DNA of 64,000 nt from Faecousia sp. (GTDB taxonomy: Bacteria; Bacillota; Clostridia; Oscillospirales; Oscillospiraceae): contig JAZURL010000046.1 in the NCBI GenBank assembly GCA_045606205.1, positions 13,555-77,554 on the forward strand. The letters are read 5' to 3'. Shown here piece by piece: positions 1 through 8,329 of this stretch; positions within the stretch are counted from its first letter, which is position 1; every line of letters starts with the position of its first letter. The notes under the pieces are model-generated. The model made no database searches. It saw only the letters and a list, made by a program, of their open reading frames with translations, and was not told where the DNA came from. The position numbers and the translations under genes are program-made.

Positions 1-1
1 C

Positions 2-787
2 TGGCGGGAATTGGAGATGGTGGTGCAGGAGCTGTGGCAGGAATTGAAGGATTCCCAGTTCCGCCCAGAGGCCTTTGAATTGGCTTTTGGCGATGAAGGC
101 GAAATGCCCGCCATTGATGTGGAAAATGCCGCCATTCGCGCCTGCCTGCGTGGCTTTGTTGACCGGGTAGACCTTTGGAAAAGGGGAGAGCAGCTCTATT
201 TCCGGGTGGTAGACTACAAGACCGGCAAAAAGGATTTTGACTACTGCGATGTATTCAACGGTGTAGGCCTACAAATGCTTCTTTACTTGTTTGCCTTGGA
301 AAAGAGCGGTTACGGTATGGCTGCCGGCGTGCAATATTTTCCTGCAAGAGTGCCGTTGGTATCTGCTGATGGCCGCTTGACTGACGAGGAGGCGCGAAAG
401 ATGCGCCAAAAGGAATGGAAGCGGAAGGGTCTGCTTCTTAACGATGGGGAAATCTTGCAGGCAATGGAGCCGGGAGAGGAAATGAGTCGGCTTTGCTGTA
501 CCCGAAAGAAGGACGGCAGTCTGTCCGGTGACCTCGCGGACCGGGAGCAGCTGAAGCTGCTGCGGCAATATGTGTTCGGACTGCTTACCGACATGGTTGA
601 CGAGATTGCATCCGGTAACATCACACCCAACCCCTATACAAGAGGTACAAGCCACAATGCCTGCACTTATTGTCCTTATGGAAGCATTTGCCATCAGGCG
701 CAGGTGGAGGGCAGAAGAAATTACAAGACCATGACTGCTCAGAGATTCTGGGAGGAGGTCGAGAAGGAGGTGGATCGCCGTGGCTGA
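2..787 (+). CDS. addB: ATP-dependent helicase/nuclease subunit B, C-terminal part (5'-truncated by window edge)
   Basis: PD-(D/E)xK nuclease motifs GFVDRVD...VVDYKTG, QMLLY, Fe-S cysteines CTYCPYGSIC; overlaps the start of addA. Confidence 0.9.
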   Translation, partial: WRELEMVVQELWQELKDSQFRPEAFELAFGDEGEMPAIDVENAAIRACLRGFVDRVDLWKRGEQLYFRVVDYKTGKKDFDYCDVFNGVGLQMLLYLFALEKSGYGMAAGVQYFPARVPLVSADGRLTDEEARKMRQKEWKRKGLLLNDGEILQAMEPGEEMSRLCCTRKKDGSLSGDLADREQLKLLRQYVFGLLTDMVDEIASGNITPNPYTRGTSHNACTYCPYGSICHQAQVEGRRNYKTMTAQRFWEEVEKEVDRRG

Positions 788-3700
788 AAAACTGACACCC
801 CAACAGGAAATGGCGGTCCGAAACCGTGGCGGTAAATTGCTGGTCTCTGCAGCAGCAGGCTCCGGTAAGACCAAGGTATTGGTTGACCGGCTGATGAGCT
901 ATCTGCAAGATCCGGTGCAGCCAGCGAATTTGGATGAATTTCTGATCATCACCTATACAAAGGCCGCTGCTTCAGAGCTTCGTGGAAAGATCGCATCCAA
1001 GCTGGCGGAAAAGATGGCAGAACATCCTGAAAACCGCCATCTGCAAAGGCAGATGCAGCGGCTCTATCTGACGAAGATCACCACAGTGCACTCCTTCTGC
1101 GGAGATGTTCTCAGGGAATATGCCTATCTTGTGGATCTGCCGGCGGATTTCCGAGTGGCGGGTGAAAATGAGTGCGCACAGATTCGGGATGCGGCCATGA
1201 AAAAGTGCCTGGACGAGGCCTATACCCAATCCGACGACCCGGATTTTCGGGCATTTGTGGATTCTCAGGGTCTTGGCCGGGATGACCGGCTTGTGCCGGA
1301 GATCTTGCTCAAGGTATACGACAGTGCCCGATGCCATTTGCAGCCCAATGCTTGGCTGGAGAGCTGTGTCCGCAATGCAGACACGCAGGGTATTAACGAT
1401 GCGGTACAGACTGTTTGGGGCGCTTATCTGTTGCAAGATCTGCAGGCGCATGTGGCCTTACAGCTACAGGCGCTGGATGAATGCGCCCGGTCAGCGGAAT
1501 CCACCGATACCATGGAAAAGCCTGCCGCGCTCCTGCGCAGCACCATGCGACAGTTGGAAGTATTACAGTCAGCAGAAACGTGGGATGAAATCGTCCGTAC
1601 AAGGGAAATCGATTATGGCCGTCTGACCTTTTCAAAGAAATGCCCGGATCTTGAGCTGTGCGAGCGGATCAAGGCTGTTCGCTCTGCATGCAAGATTTCT
1701 GTCGATAAGCGATTGAAAGCTTTCACCGACCCAAGTAGTGTGGTTCTGGAGGATCTTATGCAGTCCGCCGCGGCTGTGCGGGGCATGGTTAAGCTTGTGG
1801 ATAGCTTTAGCAAGGAATATGACCGGGCAAAACGGATGCGCCGAATCTTGGATTTTGGCGATTTGGAACATAAAATGCTGGATCTGCTCCTGGGAACAAG
1901 CCGTAGCGGTAACACTGCGGCGGCATCCGAGATCGGAAACCGCTTCCGTGAGATCATGGTGGACGAATACCAGGACTCCAATGGAGTGCAGGATGCCATC
2001 TTCTCCGCGCTGACCGCCAAACGTCAAAACTGTTTTATGGTAGGCGATGTGAAGCAATCCATCTACCAATTCCGACTGGCTGATCCGGGAATTTTCCTGG
2101 AAAAATACAATACCTATGCCAATGCAGAGGAAGCATCTGACCCTGAGGGACGTAGAGTGATGCTCTCTTGCAATTTCCGCTCCGGCGGTGCAGTGCTGTC
2201 CGGCGTGAATGATGTTTTTGAAACCTGTATGTCACCTGCCGTCGGCGGTTTGACTTATGGCGAGGATGAGGCTCTGCGGGAAGGATTTCCCCATGCGCCT
2301 TTGGGTGAACCGGAGGTGGAGCTGTGGGCGATTTCTGTTGAGGAAAGCACCTACGAAGAAGAGGCTGCTTTTGTTGCAAAGCGGGTCATGGAATTGACTG
2401 ATGGCACCCATTTTGTTCGCCATGGCGACGAACTTCGTCCCATCCAAATTGAGGATGTTGCGATTCTTCTTCGTTCTCCTGGTTCGGTTGGCGGTTACTA
2501 TAAAGATGCCCTTGCCGCTTGCGGTGTTCCCTGCACCAACGGCTGCGGAAACGATCTGTTACAGTCCCAGGAGATTGCAGTTCTGCGCGCATTGCTTCAA
2601 GTCATCAGCAACCCCCGGCAGGATATTGCTTTGCTTGCAGCACTGACCAATCCTGTCTTCTGCGTTACCGCTGAGGAGCTGGCGCAAATTCGGGGTACTA
2701 AGCGCCTCGGAAGCATCTACGATGCACTGCTGAATTCTGAAAATCCGAAGATTACGGAATTTCTACAAAATCTGACGCTATGGCGCAGAGAAGCCAGGCT
2801 TCGATCCCTTGCACAGCTTTTGGAGTCCATATTTGCGCTGACCCGGATGGACAGTATTTTTGCTGCCATGCCCGATGGAGAGGTGCGCAAAACCAACATT
2901 CAGACATTCTATCAGTTGGTGGTGGATTTCGAGAAAACCGGTCGCCGCGATCTGGAGCAATTTTTGGAGCATTTGGATTCCATGGAAGACAAGGGGCTGG
3001 TGACGGATGGCGGTCAGAATGCATCCGGCTCGGTGACCATTATGAGTATCCACAAGTCCAAGGGCCTTGAATTTCCTGTCGTGTTTGTCTGCGGCCTGTC
3101 CCGCAGCTTCAACCGTGAAAGTACCCGGGCGCAAGTGCTGTGCGATCAGAGTTTAGGTCTTGGCCTGGCTGCTGTGGACGAGAAGAACCGCGTACGGTAT
3201 CCAACCATAGCCAAACGCGCCATCGCGGCAAAGATCACCGCTGACAGTTTGTCGGAAGAAATGCGCGTGCTGTATGTGGCAATGACACGAGCAAGAGACC
3301 GCCTGATCATGACATATGCTTCTCAAACCTTGGAAAAGGATCTTGCGGAGATTGCCCTTCGTATGGATGTTGGTGACCGGGATTTGCTGACACAGGATGC
3401 GGTTTGCAGCGGCGATTGGGTGCTGATGACTGCTCTGCGGCGAACAGAGGCAGGTGAGTTGTTTGCACTAGGCGGAAAGCCGAGGTTTACTGCGCCCGGC
3501 GAGCCTGCGTGGCGGATCGGTGTATGCTCCGCACCCACAAGCGGCGGCTCACGACAGGAACAGAAGGAACAGATTTCTTCCATGTCGTCGCAAATGTTGG
3601 AGCTGCTGCGAAATGCTCTTGCTTACCGCTATCCTCACGTAGCGGCAACGGGGGCTCCGTCCAAGCAGACCGCTACACAGCGCAAGGGACGGCAGAAAGA

Positions 3701-4289
3701 TGTGGAAGCCACTGAACATGCGCCGGTTCAGAGAGAAACTGAAACCAAATTGCGCAGTTTGCCTTTCTCACATTCTCCGAATGACGGTGCAGCATTGGGC
3801 ACAGCTACCCATGCTGTGATGCAGCACATTTGTTATGCGCTCTGCACGGACAGGGAAAGTGTCTGCCGGGAAGTGGATCGACTGGTGCAGGAAAACTATA
3901 TTACCGCGGCACAGGCAGCGATGGTGGACTGTCAGCAGATCGCCACGTTCTTTTCAACCGAAATAGGGCAGCGTTTGCGTAGCCATGCCAATGTTCTGAG
4001 GGAGTTTAAGTTTTCAATTCTGGACGATGCCACCCATTATGATCCATCGCTGGCGGGAGAGGAGATTCTTCTGCAGGGTGTCGTTGACTGCGCCATGATC
4101 GATGATGACAGCATTACCGTCATCGATTTCAAAACTGATTATGTTACGGACGAGACCATTTCCCAAAAGAGTGAGCATTACCGTCCGCAGGTAATGGCAT
4201 ACGCCGATGCAATGGCACGGATCTATCAGCTTCCTGTGAAGGAATCCTGGCTGTATTTCTTCCGGTTGGGTCGGTTTGTACAAATATAA
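780..4289 (+). CDS. addA: ATP-dependent helicase/nuclease subunit A
   Basis: UvrD-type Walker A AAAGSGKT, VDEYQD, GDVKQSIYQFR, SIHKSKGLEF, LYVAMTRA; C-terminal nuclease GVVD...IDFKTD. Confidence 0.95.
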   Translation: MAEKLTPQQEMAVRNRGGKLLVSAAAGSGKTKVLVDRLMSYLQDPVQPANLDEFLIITYTKAAASELRGKIASKLAEKMAEHPENRHLQRQMQRLYLTKITTVHSFCGDVLREYAYLVDLPADFRVAGENECAQIRDAAMKKCLDEAYTQSDDPDFRAFVDSQGLGRDDRLVPEILLKVYDSARCHLQPNAWLESCVRNADTQGINDAVQTVWGAYLLQDLQAHVALQLQALDECARSAESTDTMEKPAALLRSTMRQLEVLQSAETWDEIVRTREIDYGRLTFSKKCPDLELCERIKAVRSACKISVDKRLKAFTDPSSVVLEDLMQSAAAVRGMVKLVDSFSKEYDRAKRMRRILDFGDLEHKMLDLLLGTSRSGNTAAASEIGNRFREIMVDEYQDSNGVQDAIFSALTAKRQNCFMVGDVKQSIYQFRLADPGIFLEKYNTYANAEEASDPEGRRVMLSCNFRSGGAVLSGVNDVFETCMSPAVGGLTYGEDEALREGFPHAPLGEPEVELWAISVEESTYEEEAAFVAKRVMELTDGTHFVRHGDELRPIQIEDVAILLRSPGSVGGYYKDALAACGVPCTNGCGNDLLQSQEIAVLRALLQVISNPRQDIALLAALTNPVFCVTAEELAQIRGTKRLGSIYDALLNSENPKITEFLQNLTLWRREARLRSLAQLLESIFALTRMDSIFAAMPDGEVRKTNIQTFYQLVVDFEKTGRRDLEQFLEHLDSMEDKGLVTDGGQNASGSVTIMSIHKSKGLEFPVVFVCGLSRSFNRESTRAQVLCDQSLGLGLAAVDEKNRVRYPTIAKRAIAAKITADSLSEEMRVLYVAMTRARDRLIMTYASQTLEKDLAEIALRMDVGDRDLLTQDAVCSGDWVLMTALRRTEAGELFALGGKPRFTAPGEPAWRIGVCSAPTSGGSRQEQKEQISSMSSQMLELLRNALAYRYPHVAATGAPSKQTATQRKGRQKDVEATEHAPVQRETETKLRSLPFSHSPNDGAALGTATHAVMQHICYALCTDRESVCREVDRLVQENYITAAQAAMVDCQQIATFFSTEIGQRLRSHANVLREFKFSILDDATHYDPSLAGEEILLQGVVDCAMIDDDSITVIDFKTDYVTDETISQKSEHYRPQVMAYADAMARIYQLPVKESWLYFFRLGRFVQI

Positions 4290-4294
4290 AGATA

Positions 4295-4323
4295 ATGGCC
4301 TGTTGCGTTTTGCAACAGGCCAT
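4295..4323. terminator. Hairpin between convergent addA and the N/Q micropeptide gene
   Basis: atggcctgttgc-gtttt-gcaacaggccat, perfect 12-bp inverted repeat. Confidence 0.7.
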
Positions 4324-4329
4324 CTTCAT

Positions 4330-4440
4330 TCAGCGGTTGTTCTGATTCTGCTGATTCTTGTTCTGCTGATTCTGATTGTTCTGCTGGTTCTGATTGTTCT
4401 GCTGGTTCTGATTGTTCTGCTGATTCTGCTTGTTATTCAT
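4330..4440 (-). CDS. 36-aa Asn/Gln-rich micropeptide MNNKQNQQNNQNQQNNQNQQNNQNQQNKNQQNQNNR (not in ORF track)
   Basis: ATG preceded by GGAGG RBS at 8 nt; codons almost only AAY/CAG; forespore-type promoter upstream, hairpin downstream. Confidence 0.75.
   Translation of the reverse strand: MNNKQNQQNNQNQQNNQNQQNNQNQQNKNQQNQNNR
4341..4430. repeat. Imperfect 9/18-bp tandem repeat (ctgattgttctgctggtt) encoding NNQNQQ units
   Basis: Directly visible in the sequence. Confidence 0.85.
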
Positions 4441-4486
4441 AGCTGTTTCCTCCAAATTTATCTGTACTGCGGACTTGCCGCAAGAG

Positions 4487-4515
4487 TAGTGTGCCCTGTT
4501 ATTTATGCTTTATCC
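4487..4515 (-). promoter_or_regulatory. Putative SigG/SigF promoter for the N/Q micropeptide
   Basis: Minus strand GGATA-N17-CACACTA (preceded by GGG); same geometry as the spoVAD promoter. Confidence 0.5.
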
Positions 4516-4859
4516 TTTGCCTTGAAAATCAAACTGACGATTAGACCGCTGACAATGGCCGCAGTGATGCCACCGGCAGTGGATTTTAGCCCACCGGTGA
4601 AGACACCGAGAATTCCGTCGCTTTGCACAGCTTCCTTTACGCCATTGGCAAGGCAGTAACCGAATCCAGTCAAGGGCACGGTCGCACCTGCACCGGCAAA
4701 ATCTACCAAAGGCTCATAAATGCCGATAGCAGTCAAAAATACGCCGCAAACGACATAGCTCACAAGGATCCGGGCTGGGGTAAGCTTTGTTTTATCAATA
4801 AGAAGCTGTCCGATCAGGCAGAAGAGACCGCCTACAAGAAATGCTTTCACATAGTCCAT
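4503..4859 (-). CDS. spoVAE: Stage V sporulation protein AE (SpoVAEb type)
   Basis: MDYVKAFLVGGLFCLIGQLLIDKTKLTPARILVSYV...AGAGATVPLTGFG; follows spoVAD. Confidence 0.9.
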   Translation of the reverse strand: MDYVKAFLVGGLFCLIGQLLIDKTKLTPARILVSYVVCGVFLTAIGIYEPLVDFAGAGATVPLTGFGYCLANGVKEAVQSDGILGVFTGGLKSTAGGITAAIVSGLIVSLIFKAKDKA

Positions 4860-4860
4860 A

Positions 4861-5880
4861 TCAGTTTTGTCCTCCCATAATGGAAACTGCATGACACACA
4901 CCGGGAATGGGCAAGCCCTGTTGGGTAGATGTGGGGGAAAGCAGTGCGCCTGTGCCACAGAACAGAATGTGCCTTAGTTTTCCGCTGTTGAGCTTCTGAA
5001 GCAAATCCCCACACAAAGTGATGGCGCTGCAGCCGCACCCGGAGCCGCCGGAGTGGACATCTTGCTTGGAAGTGTCGAATACCAACGTTCCGCAATCTGC
5101 AATACGGCCACCAAGGTAGATCCCGTCCCGGCGCGCCAGCTCCATCAATACTTCCTTGCCCAGTTGCCCCAGGTCGCCTGTGACGATCAAGTCAAAATCT
5201 TCCGGTGTCCGCCCCATGTCCGATAAATGTGCCTTAATGGTGGCGTAAGCCGCTGGCGCCATGGCAGCGCCCATATTGTTGGCATCCTTGATGCCAAGAT
5301 CCGTAACTGTACCGATGGTACAGCTGTCGATCCGTGGCCCAACACCGGCGGAGCATAGAAGTGCCGCACCGGAGCCGGTGACCGTCCATTGTGCGGTGGG
5401 TGTCCGCTGACCGCCATAGCCAAGAGGGAAGCGGTATTGCCGTTCAGACGAGGCAAAATGAGAGGACGTCAAAGCGATCACCTTGTCTGAAAAACCGCCG
5501 CTGACAGCCATAGAGGCCGCGAGAAGACTCTCCGCCATCGTTGAGCATGCGCCATACAAGCCAAGATGAGGAATACCTGTGTTGCGCAGCGTAAAGGATG
5601 AGCCAATGCACTGGTTCAATAGGTCGCCGGAATATACAAGCCCCACCTGACTTCGGGTGATTCCCGCTTTTTCGATGAGCTTATCCATGGCCATTTTTTG
5701 CATTTGCTTTTCTGCCTGTTCCCAGGTTTTTTGCCCAAAGTAAGTGTCTTGGGAAACCACATCAAAGGTCTGTGCCAAAGGCCCTTGGCCTTCTTTTTTG
5801 CCCGCAATGCTGGCCCATGCGGTGATCACCGGCATTTGAGGAAGCACAAAACTTTGTTTTCCTCGCTTGTTTTCCGCCAT
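4861..5880 (-). CDS. spoVAD: Stage V sporulation protein AD
   Basis: GDLLNQC, GACSTM, ERQYRFPLGYGGQR, NNMGAAMAPAA, GGSGCGCSA, TGALLSP; start moved to MAENK after RBS. Confidence 0.95.
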   Translation of the reverse strand: MAENKRGKQSFVLPQMPVITAWASIAGKKEGQGPLAQTFDVVSQDTYFGQKTWEQAEKQMQKMAMDKLIEKAGITRSQVGLVYSGDLLNQCIGSSFTLRNTGIPHLGLYGACSTMAESLLAASMAVSGGFSDKVIALTSSHFASSERQYRFPLGYGGQRTPTAQWTVTGSGAALLCSAGVGPRIDSCTIGTVTDLGIKDANNMGAAMAPAAYATIKAHLSDMGRTPEDFDLIVTGDLGQLGKEVLMELARRDGIYLGGRIADCGTLVFDTSKQDVHSGGSGCGCSAITLCGDLLQKLNSGKLRHILFCGTGALLSPTSTQQGLPIPGVCHAVSIMGGQN

Positions 5881-5907
5881 AACATACCCTTCTTTCTTGC
5901 TTTTTGG

Positions 5908-5936
5908 TAGTATGTGCGCAAATTTTGCCTTCATTC
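5908..5936 (-). promoter_or_regulatory. SigG-type promoter of spoVAD-spoVAE
   Basis: Minus strand GAATG-N17-CATACTA matches the GHATR...CATWHTA consensus. Confidence 0.7.
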
Positions 5937-5940
5937 CAAT

Positions 5941-5970
5941 AAAAAAAGCCCTGCAGAAGCAGGGCTTTTT
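5941..5970 (-). terminator. Intrinsic terminator after DUF896 gene
   Basis: aaaaaaagccctgc-agaa-gcagggcttttt. Confidence 0.8.
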
Positions 5971-6176
5971 CAATCTTTTCTTGTAACTTTTGTTTTTGTA
6001 CCGTCGGGGCGAACGATGTAGGTATTTTCCAGTTGCCCAACTAAGTTTGCTTTTACAGAATCAATATAAATCCGGCGGAGCTTGTCACGTTCGGCGATTT
6101 CCTCATCGGTCAGGCCTCCGGCCTTGGCCTTATGGGCCAGCTCGTTGATCCGTGCAATTACGTCATCCATTTTCAT
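5970..6176 (-). CDS. DUF896 (UPF0291/YnzC-like) protein
   Basis: [43 protein letters not shown] signature. Confidence 0.9.
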   Translation of the reverse strand: MKMDDVIARINELAHKAKAGGLTDEEIAERDKLRRIYIDSVKANLVGQLENTYIVRPDGTKTKVTRKD

Positions 6177-6185
6177 ACATATACC

Positions 6186-6971
6186 TCACATATAGCGGTG
6201 GATCTCCACCGAGATTCGGCCCTTTTTCGTCTGGCCGTTAACTTTTTCCAGTTTGATCTTCCCACTGCCCCGCAGGGAAATTTTGCAGCCCTCTGTGACA
6301 GGCTTGTCCGGTTTTTCGCAGGGCAGGCCGTCAACTGCAACTTTGCCCGCGCTGACTGCCTGAGAAGCCAAACCTCTGCTGATCCGAAATCCGGAGGACA
6401 CTACGCTGTCCAATCGTAGCGAGGCCAAAGTGTCCTTGATGATTTTTACTTCCGGCCGCGGAATCCATGCCTCAGTCAGTGGAATCTGCGCTAAATGGAA
6501 CTTTGTACGTCCGGCATGGGTGAAGTTCTGCAGAAGATAGGGAGCAATCTCCTCCGTCACAAAAAAGTCGCATTGCCCCTTGCCAACGCAGATATCCCCA
6601 ACCGTCTCACGAGCAACGCCCGAGCCCATCAGTGAGCCGAGAAAATCCCGGTGGGTGGGAGTGTCGCACTCATAAAAGGTTGCACGAAGACAGACAACAG
6701 GGGAGTTATCATTCAACAAACAGCATTCTTCCAAATATTCCGGCAGGTAGCAGAGCATTTTTCGTTCAGCATCAGGAAAGCCGCCAAATGCACAGAGTCC
6801 CGGTAAATCGCCAAACAGAAAACGGCACATTTCTAATTCTCTGGGAGACAAAAAACAGGTATGAGCCGGGATGTCGCGATGGATTCCCGTATTTATCCTA
6901 TCCCACAGCTTGGCAAGAAGCATTCTGTCTTCCGTACTTTGGGCTATTTTGTCAATGTTTTCTCGGTTCAT
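6186..6971 (-). CDS. ylmH: YlmH/Sll1252-family S4-domain RNA-binding protein
   Basis: FLSPRE, GGFPDAERK, HRDFLGSLMGSG, VGDI, C-terminal S4 domain SLRLDSVV...ISLRGSGK. Confidence 0.88.
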   Translation of the reverse strand: MNRENIDKIAQSTEDRMLLAKLWDRINTGIHRDIPAHTCFLSPRELEMCRFLFGDLPGLCAFGGFPDAERKMLCYLPEYLEECCLLNDNSPVVCLRATFYECDTPTHRDFLGSLMGSGVARETVGDICVGKGQCDFFVTEEIAPYLLQNFTHAGRTKFHLAQIPLTEAWIPRPEVKIIKDTLASLRLDSVVSSGFRISRGLASQAVSAGKVAVDGLPCEKPDKPVTEGCKISLRGSGKIKLEKVNGQTKKGRISVEIHRYM

Positions 6972-7078
6972 TTCATCACCAAAGCCTATTATAACACACC
7001 TTTTTCCGATTGCAAGGGAAGTTTTACTTGTGTGACGGCACTTTGTCTGCTACAATGGAGCAAGAAAGAGGTGATTCC

Positions 7079-8329
7079 ATGGTAATCGGTATCATAGGTG
7101 CGGGCGCATCCGGCATGGCGGCGGCATTAGCGGCAGCTGGACGTAAGAACGTCCAAGTGTTTTTGTTTGAGCGCCAGGCGAGAGTCGGCCGCAAACTGCA
7201 GGCCACCGGAAATGGCCGGTGTAATCTTTCCAATACGTATGCCTGTGACCGGGGATACCATGGGGAAGATCCGGAGTTTGTTCGTAAGGCAATGGGGCTT
7301 TTTGATGTACAACAAACTATGCGTTGGTTTACCCAATTGGGCCTTTACATGGTCAAGGAAGATTCCGGACGCATTTATCCCTACTCCGACCAGGCAAATT
7401 CTGTGGTGGATGTACTGCGATTTGCATTAAATAAGGAGAATATTACCTTGCTGACCGGCTTTGAGGTCACTAAGGTGCGTAAAACAGATGCAGGTTTTCG
7501 TGTAGAAGGGAACGGGGAGGTATACACCTGTGACAAGGTCATCATTGCCTGCGGTGGTCTGGCCGGTACGAAATTGGGTGGCAGTATGTCCGGTTATCAG
7601 CTGCTGCGCAGCTTTGGTCACAAGGTTACAAAGCTCCGCCCGGCATTGGTGCAGCTGAAGAGTGATTGGCGTTCCTGCGCCGCGCTGAAGGGTGTACGCA
7701 CAAGGTGTCACGCTGCCATCTACCATAATGGCTGCCTCTATTCCGAAAGCACCGGGGAACTTCAATTTGTAGAATACGGCCTGTCCGGGCCGGTGATTTT
7801 TGAAATCTCCCGTGATGTTTGTCAGGCCAAGGGGGAGTGGGTATGCAGGCTGGATCTGCTGCCTAATCTGGATATTAGGCAGCTTTATAATCATTTGAGT
7901 CAGCGCCGTAGAACTGATTTACCCACTGATGAGCTGTTTACAGGCGTATTACATAACCGGCTTGGCCGTGTTGTTGCGCAAACTGCTGGTATCCCGAATA
8001 GCCGGAAGATCTCCCAGCTCCGGGATGACGAGCTGATGCAGGCGGTAAATACAGCGAAAGCTCTGGATGTTGTTTTGACAGAACCCATGGGCATGGATCA
8101 CGCACAAGTCACCGCAGGCGGTGTGGTCACGGATGAATTTGACAATGCTACCATGGAAAGCAAACTGGTCACCGGTCTGTATGCCTGTGGCGAGGTGCTG
8201 GATATCGATGGTGACTGCGGTGGTTATAATCTGCAATGGGCGTGGAGCTCGGGACTACTGGCCGGCAGCTGCGCAGGAGGTAATAAATATGATTCGGATC
8301 CGGGAGATATCTTTACCACCGGAACATGA
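7079..8329 (+). CDS. HI0933/BaiN-like (YhiN family) flavoprotein
   Basis: GAGASG, GRKLQATGNGRCNLSN, AQVTAGGV, GEVLDIDGDCGGYNLQWAWSSG. Confidence 0.9.
   Translation: MVIGIIGAGASGMAAALAAAGRKNVQVFLFERQARVGRKLQATGNGRCNLSNTYACDRGYHGEDPEFVRKAMGLFDVQQTMRWFTQLGLYMVKEDSGRIYPYSDQANSVVDVLRFALNKENITLLTGFEVTKVRKTDAGFRVEGNGEVYTCDKVIIACGGLAGTKLGGSMSGYQLLRSFGHKVTKLRPALVQLKSDWRSCAALKGVRTRCHAAIYHNGCLYSESTGELQFVEYGLSGPVIFEISRDVCQAKGEWVCRLDLLPNLDIRQLYNHLSQRRRTDLPTDELFTGVLHNRLGRVVAQTAGIPNSRKISQLRDDELMQAVNTAKALDVVLTEPMGMDHAQVTAGGVVTDEFDNATMESKLVTGLYACGEVLDIDGDCGGYNLQWAWSSGLLAGSCAGGNKYDSDPGDIFTTGT

Noticed and set aside
4341-4430. Short tandem repeat considered as a CRISPR array or contingency locus
   Set aside because: No spacers or cas genes; unit lengths are multiples of 3 and are explained by coding.
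4276-4659. 127-aa plus-strand ORF with a poly-Leu/Ile/Val stretch
   Set aside because: Antisense shadow of the N/Q repeat and spoVAE; no RBS, and it crosses the terminator hairpin.
8289-8329. 41-nt overlap between the two flavoprotein genes as a possible frameshift or fusion
   Set aside because: Both proteins are complete and the second has its own GGAGG RBS; a simple tail overlap.
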